A DNA stretch of 63,859 nucleotides, the filler included. It is 6 parts of 6 records of this genome, joined end to end, with 100 filler letters (N's around TTAATTAATTAA, not from the genome) between each part and the next. Parts side by side here need not be neighbours in the genome. Positions count along the whole stretch, not along the records: positions 1 to 18,638 come from SRR31156797_7511; 5 more parts are not named here. One strand, given 5' to 3'. Both the position numbers and the translations under genes were made by a program. The notes under the pieces are model-generated. The model did not search any database and was not told where the DNA came from. It saw only the letters and a list, made by a program, of their open reading frames with translations. Of this stretch, positions 1 to 10,900 are shown piece by piece (position 1 is the stretch's first letter; each line of letters begins with the position of its first letter).

Positions 1-1
1 C

Positions 2-826
2 CGGTCAGAGGCCGATAACAAGATCGGCATAAAGCGCACCGTTTTAAGCGCTGGAACCTATAAGCGCGTTGCATCGGACGAAAAACCGCTGTCTGAAGAG
101 GGTAAAGACTATATCCAATCCATAGTCGACGGCGTTTATTCAATTTTCGTCCGTGATGTCGCCCGGAATCGCGGATTTATGGTCAGTGCTGTCCTGGCGT
201 ATATGGCGGACGGCAAAGAATTCTTAGGAGAGCAGGCCTTGAAAGCGGGCCTTGTCGATAACGTAGGCAGTTTTGAAACTGCCCTAAACAATCTGAAAGG
301 AGCGAGCAAGATGGATCTGGAAACTTTGAAGCGGGATTTTCCCGAGGTTTACCAGGCCGCGTTTGAGGCTGGCGCCGGGTCCGTAAGTTTCGAGGCTGCT
401 ATGAAATCGAATCCCGAAGCGGCTGAGAGGTTGAGGGCCGAAGGCGTTCAGAGCGAGCGCACAAGAGTAACCGAACTGCTGGAGGCCGGGGCCGATCACG
501 GCGCCACGGTCAAGGCGATTACCGAGGGCACGCCGGCCGCCGATGCCTACAAGGCGTTTTTCGAGGCGGCCAAAGTCAAGCCGGCGGAGCCGAGCTTGTC
601 CGATTTACAGAAAAAGGCGCTGGAAAGGCTGGCCGCCGAGGCCCCGGAGAGCATGGGATCGGAAGAGCCGCCCGCGCCGACCTCTGAAACCTTTGAAAGC
701 CTGGTCGAAAAGGCCATGGCCGCGGACCCGAAATTGACCAAGGCCCAGGCAGTGGCCAAGGTCGCGAGAGAAAACGAAAAGCTCCACGAGGAGTACGTCA
801 GCCGCATAAACAGACCGGCGAAATAA
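2..826 (+). CDS. S49-family (SppA/lambda gpC-like) head maturation protease fused to scaffold, 5'-truncated
   Basis: Frame is open from base 2: ...SAGTYKRVASDEKPLSEEGKDYIQSIVDGVYSIFVRDVARNRG...ADGKEFLGEQALKAGLVDNVGSFE, which is the typical S49 C-terminal half. It lies directly upstream of the capsid genes. Confidence 0.85.
   Translation, partial: RSEADNKIGIKRTVLSAGTYKRVASDEKPLSEEGKDYIQSIVDGVYSIFVRDVARNRGFMVSAVLAYMADGKEFLGEQALKAGLVDNVGSFETALNNLKGASKMDLETLKRDFPEVYQAAFEAGAGSVSFEAAMKSNPEAAERLRAEGVQSERTRVTELLEAGADHGATVKAITEGTPAADAYKAFFEAAKVKPAEPSLSDLQKKALERLAAEAPESMGSEEPPAPTSETFESLVEKAMAADPKLTKAQAVAKVARENEKLHEEYVSRINRPAK
311..826 (+). CDS. Nested in-frame capsid scaffolding protein (lambda Nu3-like)
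   Basis: AAAGGAG at 296-302 precedes an in-frame ATG at 311 (MDLETLKRDFPEVY...), right after the protease domain ends. The product is Ala/Glu/Lys-rich and helical. Confidence 0.7.
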   Translation: MDLETLKRDFPEVYQAAFEAGAGSVSFEAAMKSNPEAAERLRAEGVQSERTRVTELLEAGADHGATVKAITEGTPAADAYKAFFEAAKVKPAEPSLSDLQKKALERLAAEAPESMGSEEPPAPTSETFESLVEKAMAADPKLTKAQAVAKVARENEKLHEEYVSRINRPAK

Positions 827-837
827 AGGAGGATCAT

Positions 838-1200
838 ATGACCTGGAACCATGGCCCGAAAACCTTTATCGCCGGTGAGGATCTGGCGGCGAAAAGGCGG
901 GTGAAAATCGAGTCGGGAACGACTAGCGATCCGCCCGAGGTTGTATATGCCGACGCCGGAGAGGACTTTATCGGCGTTACCCAATATGCCGTTTCCGAGG
1001 GCGATCCTATAGCCGTTAAATTCAAGAATGAAGGCGGGACGCTTGAAGTGGAGTGCACTGTCGATACGGATATCGCACGCGGAACCTCTCTTTATGGTGC
1101 GGCAGACGGTAAGGTCAGCGATGCTGTCAGCGGCTCATCTCAGGCAATTTCCATAGAAACCGGCGTCACCGGCGCCATTATCGAGGTCATTCCTACGTAA
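838..1200 (+). CDS. Capsid cement/head decoration protein (DUF2190-like)
   Basis: 120 aa, small Gly/Ala/Val-rich beta protein between scaffold and major capsid genes; strong RBS. Confidence 0.7.
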   Translation: MTWNHGPKTFIAGEDLAAKRRVKIESGTTSDPPEVVYADAGEDFIGVTQYAVSEGDPIAVKFKNEGGTLEVECTVDTDIARGTSLYGAADGKVSDAVSGSSQAISIETGVTGAIIEVIPT

Positions 1201-1214
1201 GGAGGATAGAGAAA

Positions 1215-2183
1215 ATGCCCAGACCTACCAGCTCAACAGCTATCCAGCGACCCGATTTAGGCGCGTTGGCCTTTGAGTATATGCTCACGGCATCTCAGCG
1301 CGGGTTTATCGGGCTGGATGTGTTGCCGATTTTCGAGGTGTCGGAACAATCCGCCGACTATCCGGTAATCCCGATCGAAGCCTTGCTTAAAATGCCGGAT
1401 ACAAGGCGCACGTCTCGCGGAGCTTATAATCGGGGCGATTGGGAATTCGAAACCGGCACTTATTCATGCGTAGAACATGGATGGGAAGAGCCGGTTGACG
1501 ACACAGAAGCGGCTTTGTATGCCCGTTATTTCGACGCTGAGGAAATCGCGGTTATGCGGGCCGTGGACATCCTGCTCCGCAGTCACGAAAAACGTGTGGC
1601 CGATGCTGTATTTAACACAAGCAATATCACCAACACCGCCAACGTATCGACCGAATGGAGCACTGCTGCGTCCTGCACGCCGAAAGCCGATGTAAAGACC
1701 GCTAAAGAGGCCATGCGGGTTGCGACCGGGCTTATCCCGAATTCCCTGGTGATGAGCGAAAAAGTTCTTCAGAATCTTCTGGTTTGTTCGGAAATCAAGG
1801 ATTATCTGCAGTATACCGCGCCTCATCTGATTTCTAGCCGTGAGGCTCAGCTTCAGATGCTGGCTCAGTATTTCGACATTGGCCGGATTCTGATCGGCAA
1901 TGCCATCTATGATGCCAGTAAAAAAGGCAAGACCTTCTCGATCACGGACATTTGGGACGATGAATATGTTTTGCTGGCCGTCCTGTCCAGTGGCGGCAAG
2001 GCCTTGAAGGAGCCCGTCCTTGGCCGGACGTTTCTATGGACTGCCGACAGTCCGCAGATGTTGACCACCGAACAATATCGCGAGGAGCAGACCAGAAGCG
2101 ACATTCATCGAGTCCGCCATAACGTGGGCGAGGCTTTCATTTTCACCGGAGCTGGATATCTGCTCGGTAACATCACGGCTTAA
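1215..2183 (+). CDS. Major capsid protein (HK97 fold)
   Basis: 322 aa, expected position, strong RBS (TAAGGAGG). Composition and the PNSLVMS motif resemble lambda gpE-like capsids. Confidence 0.85.
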   Translation: MPRPTSSTAIQRPDLGALAFEYMLTASQRGFIGLDVLPIFEVSEQSADYPVIPIEALLKMPDTRRTSRGAYNRGDWEFETGTYSCVEHGWEEPVDDTEAALYARYFDAEEIAVMRAVDILLRSHEKRVADAVFNTSNITNTANVSTEWSTAASCTPKADVKTAKEAMRVATGLIPNSLVMSEKVLQNLLVCSEIKDYLQYTAPHLISSREAQLQMLAQYFDIGRILIGNAIYDASKKGKTFSITDIWDDEYVLLAVLSSGGKALKEPVLGRTFLWTADSPQMLTTEQYREEQTRSDIHRVRHNVGEAFIFTGAGYLLGNITA

Positions 2184-2186
2184 GCA

Positions 2187-2513
2187 GTGACCGTTTTATC
2201 GGACATAGCCGCCGATATCTCCAGCTCGTTGTTTGATACAGACAGTGGGGCGGGGATATCGGCGACCTATACCCCACGGGGCGGGTCAGCCATATCAGTT
2301 ACGGTAATCCTCGGCCCTGAATCCGAGTTGGAGGATGGCCGGTATAACGGCATAAGTAGGGAAATTTATATCCGCGCCTCTGATATCTCTTCGCCCGCCG
2401 AGGGCGACAAACTGACAATTTCCGGCGTTGACCTGACGGTCAGGGAGCCAACCGCTTTAGACGGCTACCACTTCAAACTCGTCTGTGACCGTTTGGTAAG
2501 GGCCGGGATATGA
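2187..2513 (+). CDS. Head-tail joining protein
   Basis: 108 aa after the capsid gene; ATYTP...P.EGDKLTI pattern typical of gpFII-like head closure proteins. Confidence 0.6.
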   Translation: MTVLSDIAADISSSLFDTDSGAGISATYTPRGGSAISVTVILGPESELEDGRYNGISREIYIRASDISSPAEGDKLTISGVDLTVREPTALDGYHFKLVCDRLVRAGI

Positions 2514-3133
2514 GAGTTAACACCAAAATCAAGGATGACGGCCTGAAAGAGGCCGTTAGGCAGGGCAAAAAGGCGAGCAAGGCGACGGCCTCGGCCATCA
2601 GCTCCGCCGGATACGCACTCCGCAATTCGATCAAGAAAGGCGTTGCCGAGGAAGCGCCGGGCGGTGAGCGATGGCCCAGGACGCACCCCTGGACTAAATA
2701 CGGGTTATTGCGAAAGAGCATGAACCGGATGAAGCGGGCCAAGGGCAAAGGGAAGAAACTCCGAAAGGTCAAGCGGGTGTCGATTGGCGGAAAGGCCAAG
2801 ACCCCGCTCCGTAAGCTGGCGAACGCCTCACGGTATCGGAAGTATGTCAACGAGAGAAACACCCGCGTGCAGATTGGTTTCTTGAATCCTGGATTGCAGA
2901 AGCGGGCCGAATACCATGCCGAAGGAAAGACGGTCGCGGTTACGCCCAAAATGAGACGGTTTATTTTTGCATCCGGCCTGATAGCCGGGAAAAGGATAAC
3001 AATCCCTAAGCGCGAAATTGTCGACCCGGTTTATGAGGCTAACAAGGCCAAAATACCGCGATTTGTGCGGCTGAGAGTAGCGGCGGCGCTGGCCGGCCGG
3101 AATCCGCGCAGCATTGAACCGAGGTTTAAATGA
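2510..3133 (+). CDS. Basic neck/virion morphogenesis protein
   Basis: 207 aa, very Lys/Arg-rich, ATGA overlap with the previous gene, located in the neck cluster. Confidence 0.6.
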   Translation: MRVNTKIKDDGLKEAVRQGKKASKATASAISSAGYALRNSIKKGVAEEAPGGERWPRTHPWTKYGLLRKSMNRMKRAKGKGKKLRKVKRVSIGGKAKTPLRKLANASRYRKYVNERNTRVQIGFLNPGLQKRAEYHAEGKTVAVTPKMRRFIFASGLIAGKRITIPKREIVDPVYEANKAKIPRFVRLRVAAALAGRNPRSIEPRFK

Positions 3134-3621
3134 GTTTGACGGCCACGGACATAAATTCAGCCATTGCCCAGGCGATTGTTGATTCGGCGGACATCCGGAC
3201 GCTTTGCAGTTCGACTTATAGCACAGTCCACAGTGTTTATAAGGGTCGGGCCGGCCGCATGATAAATCCGCCCCCGGAAGATTGTCCCTCGTTTTTGGTA
3301 AGCCCGTTGATGAAATCAAGGGGCGAAGAGGACGACCGCCGGTCGTTCGGGGTTCACATCTTGCTACAGGTCGAGGACGAGCGGTCAACGGAAACGACGG
3401 ACGGAAACGGAGTGAAGCTGGTCGAATATCCCGGCGTTGAGACCCTGGAGAACCTGCTTGATTTAGCGATAACCGCGGCTCGCGGAATCAACAACGAGAT
3501 CATTTTCGACGACAAGGACATGGCTTTTGAAACCGTGGAATATTGGCCGTTGATGGTGGCCGAGGCGATTTTGACGGTCAGTTATTCAGTATTAATCGGC
3601 GGATACGAGCCGACGATTTAA
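3130..3621 (+). CDS. Tail completion/terminator protein
   Basis: 163 aa acidic protein immediately before the tail tube gene; ATGA overlap. Confidence 0.55.
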   Translation: MSLTATDINSAIAQAIVDSADIRTLCSSTYSTVHSVYKGRAGRMINPPPEDCPSFLVSPLMKSRGEEDDRRSFGVHILLQVEDERSTETTDGNGVKLVEYPGVETLENLLDLAITAARGINNEIIFDDKDMAFETVEYWPLMVAEAILTVSYSVLIGGYEPTI

Positions 3622-3633
3622 GGGAGGTTTATT

Positions 3634-4581
3634 ATGACTCAGGCAAAAAGATCGGCGGTGCAACTCCTTTTTGATTGGGAGGACACCTATAATACAGACC
3701 CGGCGACTGTAATCGGGATATCCTTGCCGGTCAATACAATCGGTGTGAAAGGATCTCAAAATCAGTCGGACCCACAGACGATTACAGGGTCCAGGAATCC
3801 GGTTGAGCCTATTTTTGGCAACCTGGACGTATCCGGTTCGCTTGTCGTCCCGGTCGATGAGGTCGGGATAGGTTACTGGCTGGCCGCATTGTTCGGCGCG
3901 CCGTCGACATCGGGGACCGGCGACCCCTACACCCACACTTTCACCCCTCAGTCGTCCATTTCTTCGTTTGTGATGGAAAAGGGTTTTACCGACATCGGGC
4001 GCTATCACAAGTTTAATGGCTGTAAGGTTAACACGTTAAGCATCGAAATCGGCGGCGACGGGGAGTTGACGGCCAATATCGACATTATCGGGTCGAATGA
4101 AACGGCGGGCGGATCGTCCATGGATTCGACTCCGACCAGTATCACTTTCAGCCGCCTGCAAAACTTCCAGGCAAGCATCGAGGAGGGCGGCTCATCCATT
4201 GCCATCGTGACGGCCTGCTCTATTACTTTCTCAAACAATTTGGATGGCGACAGTTATTGTATCGGCTCCAATGGCATCCGGGGCGGGTTGTCCGAGGATG
4301 TAATGACGATCTCGGGCGAATTGACGGCTCTTTTCGAGGACTCGACCCTGCTCGGAAAAGCGGTCAACAACACCGAATCGTCAATCAAACTCACATTGAC
4401 TTCAGGAACGCACAGCCTTGAATTCTATCTGCCCGAGGTCAAATATGGGCGGAGCGGTCCCATGGTCGAAACGAACGCGGGAATTAAAATTACTCTGCCG
4501 TTTGGGGCTTATTACGAGGATAACGCGGAGTCAGCCGCGGCCAAGGTCACTCTGATTAACGCTTACGCTGATTACTCCTGA
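3634..4581 (+). CDS. Major tail tube protein
   Basis: 315 aa, Ser/Thr/Gly-rich, with PYTHTF, GCKVNTL and ISGELTALF patterns typical of phage tube proteins; sits before the chaperone and tape measure genes. Confidence 0.8.
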   Translation: MTQAKRSAVQLLFDWEDTYNTDPATVIGISLPVNTIGVKGSQNQSDPQTITGSRNPVEPIFGNLDVSGSLVVPVDEVGIGYWLAALFGAPSTSGTGDPYTHTFTPQSSISSFVMEKGFTDIGRYHKFNGCKVNTLSIEIGGDGELTANIDIIGSNETAGGSSMDSTPTSITFSRLQNFQASIEEGGSSIAIVTACSITFSNNLDGDSYCIGSNGIRGGLSEDVMTISGELTALFEDSTLLGKAVNNTESSIKLTLTSGTHSLEFYLPEVKYGRSGPMVETNAGIKITLPFGAYYEDNAESAAAKVTLINAYADYS

Positions 4582-4592
4582 TAAGAGGGAAT

Positions 4593-5027
4593 ATGCCGAT
4601 TGTGATTAATGAGTCCGGCGACCGGACGTATGAAGTCGAGGCGGGCGGCGAGACTGTCAAGTTGACTGTCGGCCCGCCTGTTTTTGGCGGTTTTTATAAG
4701 GCTATTAACTGGATTCAGAAGGCGGGCATGGAGATTGATGACCTTGGCGGCGCTGCTGGAGTGCACCACTTGTTAATGCAACGGGTCACGGCTTGGGATG
4801 GCCCTATCCTGCCCGATGGAAGCCCGGCCCCATGTGATGAGAAAACTAAAATGTTGTTCTTTGGACAGTTCCCCAAGGCCTTAAAATCGCTTTTCGACCA
4901 GGTCGAAGCCGCAAGGGAGCAAGAGGAAAAAAACTCCGAGAGTTCGCCGTCTGGCTCCGAGATGACGGAATCGATACCTGTAAGTCCTGCAGAATCGCAC
5001 ACAGACAGCGAACCGGAACCGAAATAG
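4593..5027 (+). CDS. Tail assembly chaperone (gpG equivalent)
   Basis: Lies between tail tube and tape measure genes and contains the slippery heptamer A AAA AAC at 4928-4934. Confidence 0.75.
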   Translation: MPIVINESGDRTYEVEAGGETVKLTVGPPVFGGFYKAINWIQKAGMEIDDLGGAAGVHHLLMQRVTAWDGPILPDGSPAPCDEKTKMLFFGQFPKALKSLFDQVEAAREQEEKNSESSPSGSEMTESIPVSPAESHTDSEPEPK

Positions 5028-5260
5028 ATTGCAATGGATGCCCGGCCCTTCCCCCTGAGCTTCTACCTGCCAACCGCCCCGCTTGGTGGCTTTATACGGA
5101 AATAGGGCCGACCGTATTTGATTTGTTCGGCGGCATAAGCCTTGCGAACATCGAAACGGGCTTAAAGATATACGGTGTGCCGCAAGCCCTGTGGTCCGAA
5201 ATAGCTGGAAAACTACTGGTGCTTGCCGACGGGTTGAGGCGAAAGGACGGCGATGACTAA
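4931..5260 (+). CDS. -1 frameshift extension of tail chaperone (gpGT equivalent, DUF1799-like); missing from the ORF track
   Basis: The -1 frame is open from the slippery site to TAA at 5258-5260: KLREFAVWLRDDGIDTCKSCR...DCNGCPALPPELLPANRPAWWLY...RKDGDD*. It ends overlapping the tape measure ATG. Confidence 0.8.
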   Translation, partial: KLREFAVWLRDDGIDTCKSCRIAHRQRTGTEIDCNGCPALPPELLPANRPAWWLYTEIGPTVFDLFGGISLANIETGLKIYGVPQALWSEIAGKLLVLADGLRRKDGDD

Positions 5261-7634
5261 GAATAAGGTAATAATCGAACTCGAAGCCAGGGACGACGCC
5301 AGTCGTGTTTTCGCCAAGTCCGTCAAAAAAATGAAAGGCGACCTCGGGTCTCTCGGGACGCACGCACAACGTGTTACCGTGACCATGGGCCGCGCCTTTT
5401 CCGGCTTTGCCTCTCAGCTTGCCGCATTCGCTACGGCTGGGGCCTTTATCGCGGTCACAAAGTCAATCATCGAAACGGGCGCCAATTTCGAGCGGTCCAT
5501 GTCCAAGGTCCGTGCGGTCACGGGTGCGACCGGCGATGATTTCAAACTGTTGAGCGATACGGCTAAAAAGATGGGCTCTGAAACCGAGTTCAGCGCCACG
5601 CAGGCCGCCGAGGGTTTGAATTATCTGGCTATGGCCGGATTCGATGCAAAGCAGGCGACCAAGGCCCTGCCCGGCGTTTTAAACCTCGCTTCCGCCGGCG
5701 GTATCGAGTTGGGCCAGGCGGCGGACATCGCTTCCAACGCCCTGACCGCGATGCGACTTCCGGTCAAGGAATTGGGCCGGGTCAATGATGTGTTTGCCAA
5801 GACCATCACGACCAGCAACACAAACATGGAAATGCTCGGCGAAACGTTCAAATATGCGGCGCCCGTGGCCTCAGCCTACGGCTACAGCATTGAACAGCTT
5901 TCGGCCTATATCGGCCTGCTTGGTAACGCGGGCATTCAAGGGAGCATGGCCGGAACTCAGCTTGCCTCGACATTCCAGAGCGTCGAAAAGGTTTTTAAAG
6001 AATACGGCGAGTCTTCAAAGCGTGCGGACGGGTCCACCAAGAATTTAACTGACGCTCTGAAATTACTTCAAAAAAAGGGCGCGTCCGCGTCAAAGGTCAT
6101 GGAAATATTCGGCGACAGGGCCGGGCGTGGCGTGGCCGCATTACTCGGTCAGGGCGTCGATACGGTCGAAGAATATACCGAAAAGATACAGCGCAACCAG
6201 GGCGCTGCCGAAGAACTCCGTAGAGAAATGACCGATAATGTTATCGGCGCATTTCGAGAGTTTAAATCCGCTCTCGAAAGTATCCAGATTGAAGCCTTTG
6301 AGCGTAAAACCGGCGACCTGAAAGACACTATCAGAGACCTTACCATTTACGTCCGGGAGAACAAAGACGCGCTGATCGAGATGGCAGGGGCGTTGATTAG
6401 TGCGGCGGCGGGCGTGGTCAGGCTCGGCATGAAGATAGATGCGATCATCAGAGAGTCGGCGGAGTGGTGGGCAAAGCTTTCGTCCGGTTCTGACACCGAG
6501 TTAGGGCGTATAAATAACCAGATCAAGGAGCTGACCACGCATAGGGACCGCTTGAAAGAGGAAATAGACAATGGAATTCTGGGCGTCTTGCCAGGCCAAG
6601 GCGCGGCAAATAAGGAATTAGCAAATCTTAACAAAAGAATATCCACGCTTAAACAAACAAGGACGGAAATACTAAACCTCGCTGAAGCGGATAAGGCCGC
6701 CGCCAAGGCACGCGAAAGACACCGTGTAATGGCCCAATTCTCAGACATGCAGGGCGTCGGCGAAAAGCCTTTTACGCCGGCCCCGACTGGAGGCGGAGGC
6801 GGCGGGGGGAGTGGTGGAGGCGGCGGGAAAAGTAAGTCGAAAGCCGATAAAGAAGCCCGTGAGCGTGAACGTCTGGCGGAGATAAAAGCCAGGGCCGAGG
6901 AGCAGCTTACAGACCGGCTCAAACGGCTGCAATCCGATCAGTTTGAATATGCAAAATACAAGCTTGAACAACAGGTCCAGGACTTCGAGGCCGCCAAGGC
7001 CGATCAGGCGTTAATCGCCCAATATCAGTCCGAAGAACTGAAACGCATAGAGGCGGATAAAACCGAGTATTTCAAACAACAGGCGGCGGAACAACTCGCC
7101 GCATCCCGCAAAGCCTCTGACGGAGCTATCAGGGGCCTACAGCAAATACAGGACCAGATGGGCAACGCGGCCGCCAACATGGAAGAGGGGGTCACGTCCG
7201 TATTCTACAAACTTGAGGATGTGGCCGTTGATATGGTTACAAATCTGCGGTTCGAGTGGCAAGACCTGATGAAGTTTTTTGTCGCGGAGGCCGCAAGGAT
7301 GGGCGCCCGGATGATGCTGTCCGGCTTCGCAAGTTGGCTTTTGCCTGCCGGGGGAGCGACAACCGGGGCCGTGGCCGGAGGCGCGGCCTTGTTCGGCGGG
7401 GCCAGGGCGGGCGGCGGCGATGTTCTCGGGGGCAGGGCTTACCTCGTCGGCGAAAAGGGTCCTGAATTGTTTGTCCCCGGCAAACAAGGAACCATAGTCC
7501 CAAATCACAGTTTGTCCATGAATATGCCCATGACCTTTAACAGTGGCGGAGATGCAAGCCCCCGGCTGGCGGACCGGCTCAGGTCGGATATCGAGGCCTT
7601 TGTTGAACGCAGGCTCAGAGAGGAATTCGCCTGA
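5253..7634 (+). CDS. Tail tape measure protein (TP901-family core)
   Basis: 793 aa; FERSMSKVRAV...TEFSATQAAEGLNYLAMAGF, LGNAGIQGSMAGT, and C-terminal RAGGG.V...YLVGEKGPELFVP motifs. Confidence 0.93.
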   Translation: MTKNKVIIELEARDDASRVFAKSVKKMKGDLGSLGTHAQRVTVTMGRAFSGFASQLAAFATAGAFIAVTKSIIETGANFERSMSKVRAVTGATGDDFKLLSDTAKKMGSETEFSATQAAEGLNYLAMAGFDAKQATKALPGVLNLASAGGIELGQAADIASNALTAMRLPVKELGRVNDVFAKTITTSNTNMEMLGETFKYAAPVASAYGYSIEQLSAYIGLLGNAGIQGSMAGTQLASTFQSVEKVFKEYGESSKRADGSTKNLTDALKLLQKKGASASKVMEIFGDRAGRGVAALLGQGVDTVEEYTEKIQRNQGAAEELRREMTDNVIGAFREFKSALESIQIEAFERKTGDLKDTIRDLTIYVRENKDALIEMAGALISAAAGVVRLGMKIDAIIRESAEWWAKLSSGSDTELGRINNQIKELTTHRDRLKEEIDNGILGVLPGQGAANKELANLNKRISTLKQTRTEILNLAEADKAAAKARERHRVMAQFSDMQGVGEKPFTPAPTGGGGGGGSGGGGGKSKSKADKEARERERLAEIKARAEEQLTDRLKRLQSDQFEYAKYKLEQQVQDFEAAKADQALIAQYQSEELKRIEADKTEYFKQQAAEQLAASRKASDGAIRGLQQIQDQMGNAAANMEEGVTSVFYKLEDVAVDMVTNLRFEWQDLMKFFVAEAARMGARMMLSGFASWLLPAGGATTGAVAGGAALFGGARAGGGDVLGGRAYLVGEKGPELFVPGKQGTIVPNHSLSMNMPMTFNSGGDASPRLADRLRSDIEAFVERRLREEFA

Positions 7635-7999
7635 TGACCACCATGACGCTCGGCGGATATACATTCGCCTGGAATCCTTCGGAATTCCCTATCCCGATGA
7701 AAAAGCGGTCAACGGCGAGCGTTGAAACCCTTGGCGGCGTCGAGTTTTATTCGTGGGGGCATTTCTGGCCAGGGCAAACATTGACGATGGGCTGGAAACA
7801 TATGCCGACGGCTCAGTATACGCAAATAAGGACATTGTACGAGGCGGATGCTGCGGTCACTTTCAATCCGGGAACGGGTGAAACTTTTACGGTCGAGATA
7901 CTCGAATTTTACGGGGCTGTTCATATCGAACAAAGCGGATCCGCTTCTTATCGAAAAGACGTTCAATTGACCTTGTTAATTCTAAGCGAGGATTCCTGA
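7634..7999 (+). CDS. Distal tail/minor tail protein
   Basis: 121 aa directly after the tape measure gene with TGATG coupling. Confidence 0.6.
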   Translation: MTTMTLGGYTFAWNPSEFPIPMKKRSTASVETLGGVEFYSWGHFWPGQTLTMGWKHMPTAQYTQIRTLYEADAAVTFNPGTGETFTVEILEFYGAVHIEQSGSASYRKDVQLTLLILSEDS

Positions 8000-10900
8000 T
8001 GTCGGTCACTTTGAATTCAACCTTACAGACCGCCCAGGACGGCATTAACCACCGCCCCATATTAGAGCTTATCTCGACACAGTTCGCCAGCGATAAACCT
8101 TTTGACGGCAGCTATTTCAACACGTCCGATGTGTCCGAGACCGAATCCAACTTGATCTATTTATCAAGTGGCCGACTGGCGGCAGTCTATATCCGCGACA
8201 ACGATATCTATTACAAATATACGGACACGGATCGATTGATTTGGTCGGAGGTCGAGATCGTCAGCAATGTCTCGGACCTTGATTCAGTCGCCTGTGTCGA
8301 GCTTTCCGGCGGCAACGTGGGCGTCGTCTGGATCGACACCGAGAGCGGCTATGATCGCATTCGACAGATGACGGTAGGCCCGACCGGTTCCACGGTCGTA
8401 GCAGCCTCAACGATTGCAACATTCGCAACGGCTTCATACTCCGTTAACGATGTCCATATCGGCACCGTCACGGGCGGCGACCATTGGCTTGTATACCGGT
8501 ATTACGAGTCGAGCGGAGAGACCTACAGTTTGAGATACCGCACAAGCACTGACTTTTCGTCCTGGGGAAGTGAGCAAACCGTCACGCTTTCCGGGCTGAC
8601 GGCTACGCGCCGAAAAGGAAATCCTTTCCTGATCCAGCACTCGACCGGCGGACTTTTGATTTTCTTCGACTACGTCGACGACATCCGGGCCGATGGGGCC
8701 GAACTCGTGAATGTTTATCAGGTCCGGACCATAAACGGCGGCACGTCCTGGGAGACACCGGAAAAGATAACCAATTATACAGTTTTTGGCGAGTCCGGTT
8801 ATTGTCCGACCGCGGGCGAAAAGTCGGACGCCAGCTTGATGTTGGCCTGGCACAAACAATCTGATGTCCTCCATATGGATAAAAATACAACCGGCTGGTC
8901 GACCGAATGCACGGAGGCGTATGCAACCGATTTGCATTTCGACCCGGCGACCGGGTATCTCTACTGTTTGCAAGTCTACACCTCGGGCGGGACAAAGAAA
9001 TGCTGCGGCGTGGTCGTGGTCGATACCTCAGATTGGACCGTCGACAAGGTATATAATACGACCTCAAGCCCTGCCTACAGTGGCCTGTTTGCCGCCGACC
9101 ACGTCCAGGCTCACCGGCATATCGGGGCCGGTCATTATGTCCCGATTGCGGTCGTTGGCGATAAGCATGTCGCCGTTATCAACCACCAGTCGCAGACGAT
9201 CACGCACTATAACTTTGATGACGATGCCACGTATTCATTGACCCAAAATGTAAATAATATCGACTGGCATTCGAAGCAGCCCGGCATTGTGGCAACTCAA
9301 ATCGATGCGGCGAACGACCGGTTGTACGTGTGTTTTGTCGATTCGTATTTATACCGGCTCAGTCTTCAAATCGGCTACATAGACCTGACCGAGGCCGAAG
9401 ACCCGGTGTCCGGCTATTCCTGGAATGAGTGCATTTTTGCCGAGTGGAGCGGCTTCGATAACCAGACTTGGTTGATGGGCCTGAACAGTATGCGCGTTGT
9501 CCCTGAGCAGGATTATATTATCCTGTCTTTCAGCACGTCTGTATCGGATTGGACCGGACGTCTGCTTGTCTACCAGATAAGCTCTGGCGGCTTAATCTAT
9601 GATTTCAATCCCTCAGATTATGCGGGCTTTCCATACAGGGGGGCTTTGTATCCGGTCTACCATGACGGCCATATTTACGCCTCAATCGATTACGAATCAG
9701 GATACGGCAATTCTGACCGGCGCGGCTTGCTCGACATTAACTTGGCCTCGGAATCGATCACATACCAAAGGCCTACATACGCGACCATCGATGACTACGA
9801 CCTCCGGATGAAAACTATAACGAACGATGGCCGTATCATCATGGCCCATTACGGCTACGGCGTGGCCATCTATACCATAGCAGACGGCTCATGGGAGCTG
9901 TTTGATAATACCGAGTTGCAGGGCATGACCGAGGATTCAAACGAGCTTTTCGGCCCCGTGGCCTACGATGAATCGACCGATACGATATTTACCGCCCAAC
10001 CGTATGCGGGCGCGGGGTCGTGGTTTGGCATCCTTGCTTTCAACGAGATCGGAGCCTTTCGAAAAGGGCAATACCTGACCGGCGCATACTCGGCGGGCTG
10101 GTCCTGGGGCAGCATTGCAGACCTAAATACCGGGATAATGGACTACGACCTGTCAATCGCCATAGACGGCTCCGACGTGGCCTGGGCGACCTGGACCCGA
10201 CAGGATACAAGCGAATACTCCTTGAAATGGGATAAAGAGGGGTTGACGACGGAATTGACAGACTATGTAACTGGGTCGGTCCGCACCAAATGGAGGATTG
10301 ACGGCCCGAGCCAGCTCACTTTCAGCCTGGCGCAGGGTTATCTGTTCGACCCTTCATATTTCCCCTCGACCCTGCACACCGTGGCCGCAAAAGGTCGCAG
10401 GATGCAACTGTCTCTCGGTGAGACAGTGAGTAGCACGGATTATTTACAGGCGCAAGGCGAGTGGATTATCACGGAAACCAAATTAACCTATCAGCGCGGT
10501 GACCATCCCATCCTGGAAGTGACCGCCGAGGATAAGCGGAATATTTGGGGTGAACTTCATATCGTGGCAACCGAGTATTTCGACGATCAATACCCGGAAG
10601 CGATAATCGAGGATTTAATCACGACCCATACTGACCTGGAATCCTCGGACCTGAACCTGCCGACGATGACCACGCGGCATAAAATGTTCCACCAGTTCGT
10701 CGATATGGACCTGATGTCGATGCTTGAGGATATGCTGGCCCACTTCGACTACTTCGCCCACTTCGAGACAGGCGGCGATTTCACGCTTTTGCCTGTGGCC
10801 TTTGAGACGACGCCGGATCATACATATTCCAGCGCGGCAAAGATAATCAATTATTCCCCGGATGATTCGTACTCGAGCTTCGTCAACCGGGTCACGGTCA

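Noticed and set aside
6788-6830. G-rich run in the tape measure gene as a G-quadruplex or repeat element
   Set aside because: Explained by a poly-Gly linker, which is common in tape measure proteins.
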